In this document: positions 32,853 to 42,995 of the stretch, in pieces | Layout of the letters: every line of letters begins with the position of its first letter | Numbering within the stretch: the stretch's first letter is position 1 | Assembly: GCA_963843555.1 (NCBI GenBank) | Contig: CAWJKV010000002.1 | Span: 32,001 to 96,000, forward strand | Length of the DNA: 64,000 nucleotides | Source of the DNA: an uncultured Methanosarcinales archaeon | GTDB taxonomy: Archaea; Halobacteriota; Methanosarcinia; Methanotrichales; Methanotrichaceae | Reading direction: 5' to 3' | The notes under the pieces: model-generated | The model's database searches: none | What the model was told of the DNA's origin: nothing | Seen by the model: the letters and a program-made list of their open reading frames with translations, nothing else | Program-made: the position numbers and the translations under genes

Positions 32853-33275
32853 ATCCCAGAATCTTATGTGCTGTCCTGATCCGGGCCCTATCTTTTACCA
32901 TCAGGCTGGGAACAAGTTGAAGTATTACAATGAGAAGGAGGATAAATCCCAGTCTTCCGTGAACCGAAGTCATTAATGGCACTTCGTGCTACATCTTTAT
33001 CAAAAGTCCATAAAGTAACGTTCCCAGAATGAAAGTGCCAAAATATATGCTGATCTTTTTGTGAAGCGGGAAAAGATCCGTTCGCTTCTTCTCTATCCTT
33101 CCTTTGAGCATAGCCCCTGTGACGAGAGCTGAAATCATCAGCACCAGGCTTAGCAAAGCTTGAAGGCGTGACCGATCCAGCTATCATAGATTTGCGCCAA
33201 TCCGGCTATGGCTAAGAGTATAGCAAACCCGATATATGTATCCGGTATATTCGACCTGCTCTTTGATTCTGGCAT
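32850..33275 (-). pseudogene. Disrupted His-containing membrane protein (cytochrome b561-like?)
   Basis: Joined reading: ...WIGHA / LLSLVLMISALVTGAML...LHKKISIY...IKM*HEVPLMTSVHGRLGFILL...AHKILGY. Has a frameshift, an internal TAG and a 3' truncation. Confidence 0.55.
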
Positions 33276-33449
33276 TCGAATTCCTCTATTGCCATCATCT
33301 TCTTGTATATCAAAATATTTAAAAATTTTCCTTCTTAGGTTAACTATGCTGCCAAATTCCGTCGTCACCGGTTTACTAGAGTCAAGCATGGAGTTTTAAA
33401 GGTGCGCCTCTCGTCCTGCATCCATAACATCCAACCGGGAATGGGATCT

Positions 33450-33637
33450 CGGGTTAAAAGAAGAACAAGAGTAGTAGGCGCATTTCCCAGAGATCAATCA
33501 TTCATGGGGCTTGGCGTATCGATACTAATAGATATTATTGAAGAGTGGATGACAACTAGAAAGTATTTATCCAATGGACGCGGATTGATGTGTGGGATAA
33601 CAGGGCCGTCAATTTACAGAAAATTCGGCACACTACC
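33450..33637 (+). mobile_element. IS256-family transposase C-terminal remnant with right end
   Basis: KRRTRVVGAFP.DQS...L.VSILIDI.EEW.T.RKYL, followed by AATTTACAGAAAATTCGGCACACTACC, an IS256-like terminus. Confidence 0.8.
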
Positions 33638-33684
33638 ATGCCAAACATTCGGGACACTACAACTAACTGGATTTCGTGATAACA

Positions 33685-34527
33685 ATGGACAGAAATAACA
33701 GAGTGAACGAGGAAACAAAGGAATATTATGATAGCGCACAAATTTTATATAACCTCTTTTGGTCCGATAAAGCATTACACTATGGTTTTTGGGAGGATGG
33801 AACCAAAGATTTATCAGAAGCTATCGAAAATACAAACAGATTTGTTTCTAAATTGCTGAATCTCCAGAAAAAAGATTATGTTCTGGATGCAGGCTGTGGT
33901 ACAGGTGGTTCCTCAATCTTCATGGCAGAGAATTTTGGTGTTAAGTTGATAGGCGTAACATTATCTCCCATACAGATCAAGCAAGCAAGAAAAAATGCAG
34001 GAAAACTGAAACTCGATAATTTAATTAATTTTAAACTTATGGATTTTAATAAAATGGAATTCAAGAATGAAACATTTACAAAAATTTTTGGCATAGAGAG
34101 CGTTTGTCATGCAGATAATAAATCCCATTTTTTAAGAGAAGCATACAGGATTTTAGAGCCTGGTGGTAGAATAGTTATAGCGGATGGTTTTCTAATCAGG
34201 AATAATCTCACAAAAAAAGAGAAAGAGATTTACAATAAATGTTTAAAAGGATGGAAAGTTGCAAACCTATCAAACAAAGCAGATTTCTGGGATGATTTGA
34301 TTAAGACCGGTTTTAAAAATATAAGGTTCTACGATAAGACTGATGAAATTATACCTTCCAGCAATAGAATCGCATTGTATGGTAGTTTGTTCTTCCCAAT
34401 TAGCCTAGTTCTAAGTAAAGCAAGATTAATATCAAAAAGCCTTCATGAAAATTCGATTTGCATGATAAATCAAAAGAAAACATTTGGAAATTTTACTATT
34501 TACGGAGTATTTGTTGCAGAAAAGTGA
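33685..34527 (+). CDS. Class I SAM-dependent methyltransferase (sterol/tocopherol-methyltransferase-like), AT-rich
   Basis: LHYGFW, VLDAGCGTGG, IESVCH and LEPGG motifs. Confidence 0.88.
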   Translation: MDRNNRVNEETKEYYDSAQILYNLFWSDKALHYGFWEDGTKDLSEAIENTNRFVSKLLNLQKKDYVLDAGCGTGGSSIFMAENFGVKLIGVTLSPIQIKQARKNAGKLKLDNLINFKLMDFNKMEFKNETFTKIFGIESVCHADNKSHFLREAYRILEPGGRIVIADGFLIRNNLTKKEKEIYNKCLKGWKVANLSNKADFWDDLIKTGFKNIRFYDKTDEIIPSSNRIALYGSLFFPISLVLSKARLISKSLHENSICMINQKKTFGNFTIYGVFVAEK

Positions 34528-34532
34528 AACGG

Positions 34533-34581
34533 CGGCGGCGCACCCCGCTTCAAGCAGGCGGGGCATGCGAAGCGCCGCCGC
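34533..34581. terminator. GC-rich hairpin directly after the methyltransferase gene
   Basis: CGGCGGCGC...GCGCCGCCG outer stem with CCCCGC...GCGGGG inner stem. Confidence 0.5.
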
Positions 34582-34670
34582 ATGAAGATGATACTAACTG
34601 ATCCATTGCTAAGTCGTTGACGTGAAATAAACCATACAAATTTATATTGTAGAACGTTGTCTATATAATT

Positions 34671-35121
34671 ATGGATGACAACACAAATTATGAACCTTTT
34701 TAAAAGCTCTGTCAGGTGCCGATCCTGTTCAAGCGAGGCGATTTGCAGCAGCTAGAGCTCTTGAGATCGGTTGGGGTGGTGTCTCAAAGGTTTCTGCAAT
34801 AACAGGATTGGCCCGAACCACCATTGATAAGGGCATTCAAGAGCTCAGGAATAAAGATGAATTGAAGCAACCAGAGCGGCTCCGTAAGCCAGGTGGTGGG
34901 CGGAAGAAGGCCGAAGACAAGGATCCAACTCTGATAAACCACCTTGATGCTATTATGAAGGAAAGTACGGCTGGCGATCCGATGAGTCTTCTCAGGTGGA
35001 CATACAAATCAACCTATGCCATAGCCGACGAGCTGCAGTTTAAAGGGCATAGTGTGAGCCACGATACAGTGAGACGTCTCTTGCAGGAAGGTGGCTATTC
35101 ACTTCAAGCCAATAAAAAAAC
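34671..35121 (+). mobile_element. ISAzo13-family transposase 5' fragment, cut off by the IS66 insertion
   Basis: RRFAAARA..IGWGGVSKVS.ITGLARTTI.KG...R.RKPGGGRK...GDPMS.LRWT.KST...YSLQANKKT. Confidence 0.85.
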
Positions 35122-36717
35122 GCAACTATTCAGCCACCCATTCATCAAATCCTAACAGATGGATCAATCCAGATAATTCCACTCATCGTCACAATCAGGC
35201 ATATCCATTTCTTTGAGTCGCGAAGATATTTTAGCGGTTTATGAGGAAGGTCCTGAAGCAGTTGTTGCACTCGTGCAAACCCTTTGCTTAATCAAATAAA
35301 CAAGCAGCAAGGATCGCTGAACTAGAGGAGAGGGTAAAATCATTGGAGGATCAAATCAATAAAAACAGCCGCAATAGCAGCAAACCTCCCTCTACAGATA
35401 CCTTTAAAAAGATAAAAGGCCAGCGCAAGCCGAGTGGTAAACCTGTAGGCGGTCAGAAAGGGCATAAGGGACACACTCTCGAAATGGCGGAAAATCCCGA
35501 TCATGTGATCGTTCATCCGGTTACCAAATGCGAATCTTGCGGTCGGTCTCTGTGCGATACAGAAGTCGCAAGTTATGAACGGCGTCAGGTATTCGACTTG
35601 CCGCCTATCAAAGTGGAAGTATTCGAACATCAGGCTGAGAGAAAGATTTGCCCCAATTGCGGCTGCCTCAACAAAGCTACCTTTCCCAAGGAAGTTGCAT
35701 ATCCTGTTCAATATGGAACTCGTTTGAAATCTGTTGCCACCTATCTAAATCAATATCAGCTCGTGCCCTTTGATCGATTGAGTGAGACTTTCGTTGATCT
35801 CTTCAGCCATCGTTTAAGCCAGAGTACTCTGATTGACATAAATCGTGCCTGTTACGACATCTTGGAGCCTGTCGAAGAGGCCATCAAACAACAGTTAATT
35901 GCATCGCCTGTTATTTGCCTTGATGAAACCGGCATGCGTATCGAAGGAAAGAGAAAATGGTGCCATGTGGTTTCAACCGAGAACCTGACTTATTATGCCG
36001 CAAATTCCCGTCGCGGATCTAAGGCCAACGAGGATATGGGAATACTGCCGGTCTATAGCGGAACAGCTATGCATGATGGCTGGAGCTCTTATTTCAAATT
36101 CAAATGCAAGCACGCACTCTGCAATGCACATCATATTAGAGATCTGCTCTTCATTCATGAAGAAGATAAACAGAATTGGGCCAAAGATTTGATCGATCAG
36201 CTGATTGACATTAAGACTACAGTGGATCGCAGAAAGCCAATCTATTGCAAATTGGATCTCGCCGAGATAAATGATTTCGAAGAAAGATACGATCACATAA
36301 TCGAAAGGGCTAAGCTCGAAAATCCTCCCCTAATCGCCTCCAATTCACAGGGGCCGATCAAAAAACGTGGAAAAAAGAAAAAGACGAAGGCCCAAAATCT
36401 GTTGGAGAGATTGGACAAGTATCGGAGAGAGGCTTTGGCCTTCATGTATGACTTTGAGGTTCCATTTGACAATAATCTGGCGGAGAGGGATATAAGAATG
36501 ATGAAAGTCCAGCAGAAAATCTCAGGCACCTTTAGAAGCTGGGAGGGAGCGAGAATTTTTTGCCGCATTAGAGGGTATATCTCTACGGTCAAAAAGAACT
36601 CCATTTCAGTTATCGACGCTATTCAAGGTGCCTTTGAAGGGAAGCCATTCATTCCTGGGAGAACTTTGATTGCGGTCTGAATTCTTAATGATTTAGTGGG
36701 TAGGGCTGAATAGTTAC
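35122..36717 (+). mobile_element. IS66-family element with 14-bp terminal inverted repeats
   Basis: Left end GCAACTATTCAGCC (35122-35135) and right end GGCTGAATAGTTAC (36704-36717), one mismatch. No flanking target-site duplication visible. Confidence 0.9.
35343..36680 (+). CDS. IS66 transposase; the N-terminal ~40 codons from ~35213 are frameshifted
   Basis: NSRNSSKPPS, CxxC zinc finger, LDETG, MHDG, LCNAHH.R and DNNLAERDIR motifs. Confidence 0.92.
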   Translation: MEDQINKNSRNSSKPPSTDTFKKIKGQRKPSGKPVGGQKGHKGHTLEMAENPDHVIVHPVTKCESCGRSLCDTEVASYERRQVFDLPPIKVEVFEHQAERKICPNCGCLNKATFPKEVAYPVQYGTRLKSVATYLNQYQLVPFDRLSETFVDLFSHRLSQSTLIDINRACYDILEPVEEAIKQQLIASPVICLDETGMRIEGKRKWCHVVSTENLTYYAANSRRGSKANEDMGILPVYSGTAMHDGWSSYFKFKCKHALCNAHHIRDLLFIHEEDKQNWAKDLIDQLIDIKTTVDRRKPIYCKLDLAEINDFEERYDHIIERAKLENPPLIASNSQGPIKKRGKKKKTKAQNLLERLDKYRREALAFMYDFEVPFDNNLAERDIRMMKVQQKISGTFRSWEGARIFCRIRGYISTVKKNSISVIDAIQGAFEGKPFIPGRTLIAV

Positions 36718-36772
36718 AAATAATATTATGAGTTTTTAGTATTTATACCTCACTCGATTCGCTCCCTTGTCA

Positions 36773-38827
36773 TTACATCTTCAGCAACTTCGCATTTATT
36801 GCTACAATTACAGTGCTGGCGCTCATCAAAATTGCACCGACGGCAGGGCTGAGAAGTATGCCGTAGCTGTAGAGGACCCCCGCCGCCAGAGGAATGGCTA
36901 TAGCGTTATATCCCGTTGCCCACATCAGGTTCTGGTACATCTTGGTGTAAGTCTTCTTCGATAGACTGACTATATTTGCTACATCCCTGGGGTCGTTCCG
37001 AACGAGAACTATGTCCGCCGACTCGACAGCTACATCCGTTCCTGCTCCGATGGCAATTCCCACATCTGCCTGCGCCAGAGCGGGAGCGTCGTTGACTCCG
37101 TCGCCAACCATGGCTACGGTGTATTCTTTCTGAACTTTCTTTATGGCCTGGGCCTTTTCATGAGGCAATACTTCAGCAAAAAAATCGTCCAGGCCGAGAT
37201 CTTCCGCTACCCAACTGGCCACAAAACGGCTGTCTCCAGTGAGCATCATGCACTTGATGTTCATCGACTTCAGCTTATCGATGGCCTCCCTGGATTCCTT
37301 TCTTACGATGTCGGCCAGGGCCACGGCCCCTATGAGCCTGTTTTCTTGCAGCAGGAAAACGACTGTTTTTCCCTGCTGCGCCAGCTTATCCAATCTCTCA
37401 TCCTTGAGATCGATATTGTTCTTACTCAAATATCCAGGACTCACTACCATCCATCTCATACCCATGACCTGAGCCTCAACTCCAATCCCTGGAATTGCTC
37501 TGAACTCATGAATAGGGACAGGCTCGATACCTTTCTCTTTTTGGCTGCTTACAATTCCTGCCGCAATGGAATGTTCTGAATTCGCTTCCAATGATGCGGT
37601 CATTCTCAAGACTTCAGTCTCGTTCAGATCTGCAAGGGGCACGATATCGGTGACCCCAAACCGGCCTTCGGTCAAAGTTCCTGTCTTGTCGAAGACTACT
37701 GCCTGAATGTCTCTGGCTTTCTCAAAGGCGGACCTGTCTCTTATCAGCAGACCGGATTTCGCAGCCAAAGAGGTAGAGACGGCAACTACAAGAGGAACCG
37801 CAAGCCCCAGAGCATGAGGACAGGAAATAACCATCACAGTAACAGCCCTCTCGACGGCAAACGCAGAATCTCTGCTATAGTAAAGCCAGGCGACCAGAGT
37901 AATAGCACCGACGCTGAGAGATATAATTGTGAGCCAGCGGGCTGCATTGTCGGCCAGATCCTGAGTCTTTGACTTGCTCTCCTGAGCCTTCCTGACCAGT
38001 TCGATTACCTGATTGAGGTAAGTCTCAGAGCCAATTTTTCTTACCTCTACCGATATCGAGCCCTCACCGTTGATGGACCCACCTATCACTTTATCCTCGG
38101 CTCTTTTCGTGACCGGCCTGGATTCGCCTGTGAGCATTGACTCGTTGACGCTCGTCTCTCCTTCAATAACGGCTCCATCGACAGGTATCTTCTCTCCGGG
38201 CAAAACCCGGACTCTGTCACCGGGTTTCAGAGTCTCAACCCTGACGTCCATCATCTGACCGTCTTTCATCAAATGGGCAACAGATGGCATTATCTTTACC
38301 AGCTCCTCCAGTGCCCGGGAAGCTCCCATGATAGACCGCATCTCGATCCAGTGGCCGAGGAGCATGATGTCTATGAGCGTCGCCAGCTCCCAGAAGAAGA
38401 CTTCTCCTTTCAGTCCAAAGACTACTGCGGTGCTGTAGAAATAAGCGGCACTGATGGCCGTGGCGATCAGAGTCATCATGCCGATGTTTCTGTCTTTGAT
38501 CTCTTTGAAAAAGCCCTTCAGGAAAGGATAGCCTCCATAGAAGTACACAAACGTAGAGAGCAGGAAGAGCAAAAAGATGGAGCCGGGAAACTCCAGTTTG
38601 AATCTCAAAAGGTCCTGGATAAAGAGAGAGAGAGCAAGGATAGGGATGGTCAAAATCAGGGATATGATGAATCTTTTCTTGAAGTCTTCTGTTACATGGC
38701 CCTCATGTCTGCCTCGGTGCATTTCGTGGGGTCTGCCAGGGAGCGGGCCCATCTCGTGCCTCTTATGTTCTTCGTCCGGTTCATTCATCGTTTGGCCTCC
38801 AGTAACGCCATGCATTTTATGATCCAT
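36773..38827 (-). CDS. copB: Copper-translocating P1B-3 ATPase
   Basis: His-rich N-terminus, [27 protein letters not shown] and MSAS motifs. Confidence 0.93.
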   Translation of the reverse strand: MDHKMHGVTGGQTMNEPDEEHKRHEMGPLPGRPHEMHRGRHEGHVTEDFKKRFIISLILTIPILALSLFIQDLLRFKLEFPGSIFLLFLLSTFVYFYGGYPFLKGFFKEIKDRNIGMMTLIATAISAAYFYSTAVVFGLKGEVFFWELATLIDIMLLGHWIEMRSIMGASRALEELVKIMPSVAHLMKDGQMMDVRVETLKPGDRVRVLPGEKIPVDGAVIEGETSVNESMLTGESRPVTKRAEDKVIGGSINGEGSISVEVRKIGSETYLNQVIELVRKAQESKSKTQDLADNAARWLTIISLSVGAITLVAWLYYSRDSAFAVERAVTVMVISCPHALGLAVPLVVAVSTSLAAKSGLLIRDRSAFEKARDIQAVVFDKTGTLTEGRFGVTDIVPLADLNETEVLRMTASLEANSEHSIAAGIVSSQKEKGIEPVPIHEFRAIPGIGVEAQVMGMRWMVVSPGYLSKNNIDLKDERLDKLAQQGKTVVFLLQENRLIGAVALADIVRKESREAIDKLKSMNIKCMMLTGDSRFVASWVAEDLGLDDFFAEVLPHEKAQAIKKVQKEYTVAMVGDGVNDAPALAQADVGIAIGAGTDVAVESADIVLVRNDPRDVANIVSLSKKTYTKMYQNLMWATGYNAIAIPLAAGVLYSYGILLSPAVGAILMSASTVIVAINAKLLKM

Positions 38828-38976
38828 GTTGATCTCTGGCGATTCAGATGCTTCTTTTCTCAGAATAGCTCTTCCAACAGTCCAAATACATTATAGGATG
38901 GCGAGAGATTTAATTCTTCTCAAAGAGATGCCTGGGAAGATCTATAAGCTTCCAAGTCATTGAGTTTAATGATTGC

Positions 38977-39825
38977 ATGCCGAAGACTAGTAGCTCTCAG
39001 ATGAAAAGGGCCACCCGGAGCCATTTGATGCTTCTGGCTCTCCTGGCTGTGCTCCTCTATGCAGCACCGATATCAGCAGAGAAGGCAGGAACAGATTCTG
39101 TCAATACCAGCACCATCCCGATCTTCGGCTACAGGATAATCAATACTTATCCACATGATCCCTCTGCCTTCACGCAGGGCCTGGTCTATGATGACGGCGT
39201 CTTCTATGAAGGAACGGGACTGTATGGCCAATCGACCTTACGCCGCGTTGACCTCAAGACTGGTCAGGTTCTGCAGCAAACCAACCTGTCAAGTGAATTT
39301 TTCGGTGAAGGGATTGCCATCTGGAAAGACCGCCTCATCCAGCTCACCTGGCAGTCCAATCTGGGCTTTGTCTATGGCAAAGAGAATCTGACCCGGATCG
39401 GGAACTTCAGCTACCAGACAGAAGGCTGGGGCATAACCTCTGATGGAAAAAGTCTGATCATGAGCGATGGCACAGATACTCTGAGCTTTCTGGACCCGGT
39501 TACCTTCTCAAAAGTTGGGGAGCTAAGAGTTGCAGCCAAAGGCATGCCTGTGAAAGGTTTGAATGAACTGGAGTACATCAACGGAGAGATCTATGCCAAT
39601 ATATGGCCGAGCAACTCGATCATCATCATAGCTCCTGATACCGGTTTGGTTGTAGGCAGCATAAACCTGAAAGGGATTCTGTTGGAAAGTGATATCGAGG
39701 GGCATAAGGTGGATGTGCTAAATGGCATAGCCTATGATGCGTCAGAAGACCGGCTCTTCGTGACTGGAAAGTTGTGGCCCAAACTCTTCGAGATCAAGCT
39801 GGTAGCAGGGGATGAGGAACCTTAA
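38977..39825 (+). CDS. Secreted glutaminyl-peptide cyclotransferase (plant/bacterial type)
   Basis: Signal peptide; PHDP.AFTQGL, FGEG, EGWG, LNELE, VLNGIAYD and VTGKLWP motifs. Confidence 0.93.
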   Translation: MPKTSSSQMKRATRSHLMLLALLAVLLYAAPISAEKAGTDSVNTSTIPIFGYRIINTYPHDPSAFTQGLVYDDGVFYEGTGLYGQSTLRRVDLKTGQVLQQTNLSSEFFGEGIAIWKDRLIQLTWQSNLGFVYGKENLTRIGNFSYQTEGWGITSDGKSLIMSDGTDTLSFLDPVTFSKVGELRVAAKGMPVKGLNELEYINGEIYANIWPSNSIIIIAPDTGLVVGSINLKGILLESDIEGHKVDVLNGIAYDASEDRLFVTGKLWPKLFEIKLVAGDEEP

Positions 39826-39957
39826 GCCCTTAAAATAAAGAAAATAAAAAAAAAGTTTTGCCACGGATCTCCGGGCGTTCTAAGAGAGCTGGATGAGATC
39901 TTCCCTGCTCCCGTGGGGCCAAGACCACTACTATGCGGCACAAAAGGGAACAGAAAT

Positions 39958-40179
39958 CTAATCTTGTTCTCCCTCGTATTTGAAGGAGAGCCGAACTTTA
40001 GCCCTGTATTCTGCGATCTTTCCATTCTCCAGCCTCACATCCAGCTCCTTGACCTCTGCAATGCGTAGGTCTCTGAGAGTCTTTGTGGCCCTGTCGACAA
40101 CAGTCTTAACAGCTTCTTCCCAGCTGGTCTTCGAGGTTCCGATAAGCTCTATTACTTTGTATACATCTCCATCAGACAT
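39958..40179 (-). CDS. Dodecin family protein
   Basis: VYKVIELIGTS.TSWEEA...YRAKVRLSFKYE. Confidence 0.93.
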   Translation of the reverse strand: MSDGDVYKVIELIGTSKTSWEEAVKTVVDRATKTLRDLRIAEVKELDVRLENGKIAEYRAKVRLSFKYEGEQD

Positions 40180-40313
40180 TGTCTATCACTCCTAAAATTC
40201 TAAACTATAATTGGCTTTTCTAATTGATATAGCTTGCTAAGAATAATTGAAAGCGCGAAATCGGGCACCAAAAACCTGAAATAATATCCAATCTCCTTGG
40301 CCACCAGTAGGAG

Positions 40314-41705
40314 ATGCCGATCTTGACAAGGGATTTTTGCAGAGTGCCGACAAACGACTCACATTCCGGCGAGGCTGTGGGAATCGATGATCTATCCGTT
40401 TATGTGCCCGGGCTCTTCCTTCCGCTAGCTGGAGAGTTCTCCCTGGATAGAGGCATCGATCCTGGCAAGCTGATCAAAGGAATCGGCATTGAACGCATGG
40501 CTGTCCCTGATGCTCATGAGGATGCTGCCACCATGGCTGCCATGTCTCTCCTGGATCTGATGCGGCGATGCGACCTGGTCCCGGAAGATATCGGCAAGAT
40601 TTACGTGGGAACAGAGTCTGCTGTTGATGAAGCTAAGGCCATGGGAACCTACGTCATCGGCATGCTAGAGAAGGTCTACGGAAAAGGCTCTTTTCAGAAT
40701 TGTTCCACAGTGGAGTTCAAATCAGCCTGCATCGGCACAACCTTTGCCCTGGAGAGCCTCAGCTATTGGGCAGCAGCCGAGGAGGAAGACAAAGTGGGAA
40801 TTGTCATAGCCTCGGATGTGGCCAAATACCCGCTGCGTTCTGCAGGCGAGTACACTCAGGGAGCGGGAAGCGTTGCCCTGCTTCTGAAAAAGAAACCCCG
40901 GCTCGCCAGGCTGGAGCAGATCTATGGATGCTTCACCAGGGACGAGAACGACTTCTTCCGGCCTATGGGGTGCGCAACTGCGATTGTTAATGGAAAGCAC
41001 AGCAACCAGTGCTATCTGGACGCTATGCAGGGAGCCTTCGATTCGTTCGCAAGAAAAGCCGCTCGATCAGGCGCAATAACTCCGAAGGATGGAGAATGCG
41101 TCACAGATTTTATGGACCACTTTCTGTTCCATATCCCCTATCCAAGAATGGTCGAGTATGCTTCGGCCGCCGTCTTCAAGCATGACTGGCTGGGGTGCCG
41201 GAGAGGGCAGGACGTAGAGAAGGAGATCGGAAAAGAGCCTGTTGCCCGAGGCTATGGAGATCCGGAGTTGTATCAGGCTGCAAAGGCCGATTATGCTCGC
41301 CGGTTCGCCCGCTCGAAGCAATTTCAGGAGGCATATCATGCCAAGGTTGCTGATACGGCTGCGCTTTCCCGCTCAGTGGGAAATATTTATACCGGATCGA
41401 TCTACCTGGGCCTGGCCAGCCTTTTGGAACTGCAGAAGATTCGAGCCGGGGAGAGGTTGTGCTTTGGGGCTTATGGGAGCGGATGCTCGGCGCTCGTCTT
41501 CTCGGCCATTGTGCAGCCAGAGGCCACATCTGTTCCTTTGAGGAGGATTGTCAAGCGGCTGGAAGAGAGACGTCAGATATCGCTGCGGGAGTATGAGCTA
41601 CTTCATGAAGGAATGAAGGAAAAAAGCCTGGCCGAGCCCTCAAAGGAGTTTGCTCTGGCAAGCATTGACCATCAGGGATACAGGCATTATGAATATATTA
41701 ATTGA
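40314..41705 (+). CDS. Hydroxymethylglutaryl-CoA synthase (long, bacterial/haloarchaeal-like)
   Basis: VGTES, KSAC (catalytic Cys), GEYTQGAG, DFFRP, FHIPY, GNIYTGS and YGSG motifs. Confidence 0.88.
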   Translation: MPILTRDFCRVPTNDSHSGEAVGIDDLSVYVPGLFLPLAGEFSLDRGIDPGKLIKGIGIERMAVPDAHEDAATMAAMSLLDLMRRCDLVPEDIGKIYVGTESAVDEAKAMGTYVIGMLEKVYGKGSFQNCSTVEFKSACIGTTFALESLSYWAAAEEEDKVGIVIASDVAKYPLRSAGEYTQGAGSVALLLKKKPRLARLEQIYGCFTRDENDFFRPMGCATAIVNGKHSNQCYLDAMQGAFDSFARKAARSGAITPKDGECVTDFMDHFLFHIPYPRMVEYASAAVFKHDWLGCRRGQDVEKEIGKEPVARGYGDPELYQAAKADYARRFARSKQFQEAYHAKVADTAALSRSVGNIYTGSIYLGLASLLELQKIRAGERLCFGAYGSGCSALVFSAIVQPEATSVPLRRIVKRLEERRQISLREYELLHEGMKEKSLAEPSKEFALASIDHQGYRHYEYIN

Positions 41706-41790
41706 TAGAGATTGATATTATTCATGAGGATTCCTATAATAGCCCGCCGCAGATGCGGCAACTTGAGGAAGCGACGAGAAGCAAAGGACA

Positions 41791-42741
41791 TTGAGGTTGC
41801 AGGAATTGACGATATCCGAAATCCTTTCATTATGGAACGAAACACAAGCTAAGAAAGCAATTGTTGATTACGTAAATGCCGTCACGGATCCCAAGAACGC
41901 TGATTTTGTGCCGGAGGCCGAACGAATTGCCGTGTTCGACAACGATGGTACATTATGGTGCGAAAAACCAATGTACATCCAACTCGATTTTATCTTGCGG
42001 CGTTGGGTGGAAATGGCGAATGAGAATCCCGTGCTGCGTGAACAGCAGCCGTGGAAGGCAGCTGTTGAAAAAGATTACGCATGGCTTGGCAATGTCGTCA
42101 TGAAACACTATCGTGGTGATGACAGCGATATCCCAGTCGTGATGAAAGGATTGCTCACCGCTTTTGAAGGTGTCACGATTGAGGACCTTTCAGAACGCGC
42201 CGGGAATTTCTTGCGAACACAGTCGCATCCGACGCTGAAACGGTTATATCGTGAATGCGGTTACGCGCCAATGATCGAATTGCTGCGCTATCTCGAAGCC
42301 AACGGTTTTACCAACTATATCGTGTCGGGCGGCGGACGCGATTTTATGCGTCCAATCAGCGAGGAGCTCTATGGCATTCCACCGGAACGCGTGATCGGCA
42401 GCAGTTTTTCACTCGCCTATCGCGAAAACGGCGATGGCGGCGATGTGCTTGCGCAGCCTCACCTCGACGTGCTGGACGACGGTCCCGTGAAACCCACGCG
42501 AATCTGGAGTCGCATCGGGAAACGTCCAATTCTCGCGGCAGGAAATACGAACGGTGATATACAGATGCTCCAATTCGCCAACAAGCCGCCGCGACCCGCC
42601 TTGCGGTTACTCGTCTTGCACGATGACGCAAAGCGCGAATTTGATTACGTAGAGGGGGCGGAAAAATCTCTGCAGCTCGCAAAACAATACGGCTGGACGA
42701 TCATCAGCATTAAAAACGATTGGAAGACTGTTTTTTCGTAG
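41791..42741 (+). CDS. HAD-family hydrolase (nonspecific acid phosphatase/phosphoserine phosphatase-like)
   Basis: VFDNDGTLW.EKP, IVSGGG, GNTNGD and HDDA.REF.Y motifs. Start uncertain. Confidence 0.88.
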   Translation: MRLQELTISEILSLWNETQAKKAIVDYVNAVTDPKNADFVPEAERIAVFDNDGTLWCEKPMYIQLDFILRRWVEMANENPVLREQQPWKAAVEKDYAWLGNVVMKHYRGDDSDIPVVMKGLLTAFEGVTIEDLSERAGNFLRTQSHPTLKRLYRECGYAPMIELLRYLEANGFTNYIVSGGGRDFMRPISEELYGIPPERVIGSSFSLAYRENGDGGDVLAQPHLDVLDDGPVKPTRIWSRIGKRPILAAGNTNGDIQMLQFANKPPRPALRLLVLHDDAKREFDYVEGAEKSLQLAKQYGWTIISIKNDWKTVFS

Positions 42742-42995
42742 TGTAAGAGAGGAACGTATGCAATCCAATGACGGAGGGATATTGAGCTGCTGCTATATTC
42801 CGGCAGAATTGATGTTTCATATCCCTCTGTTTCCTGCTCTTGCTTTTCGAGTTATTTAAAGATGACTTTGACGCTAACTCCCACTAAAGAAGTTATGCCA
42901 ATCAAAGCCTTGAATTGGCATGTACCTTCATAATAAGAAAGGGCTGCCATGATATAGAGGGCTAACGGCAATCGAACTTACTGGACCTTTAAATT

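Noticed and set aside
34533..34581. Integron attC site after the methyltransferase gene
   Set aside because: The hairpin lacks RYYYAAC/GTTRRRY core ends and no integron integrase is present.
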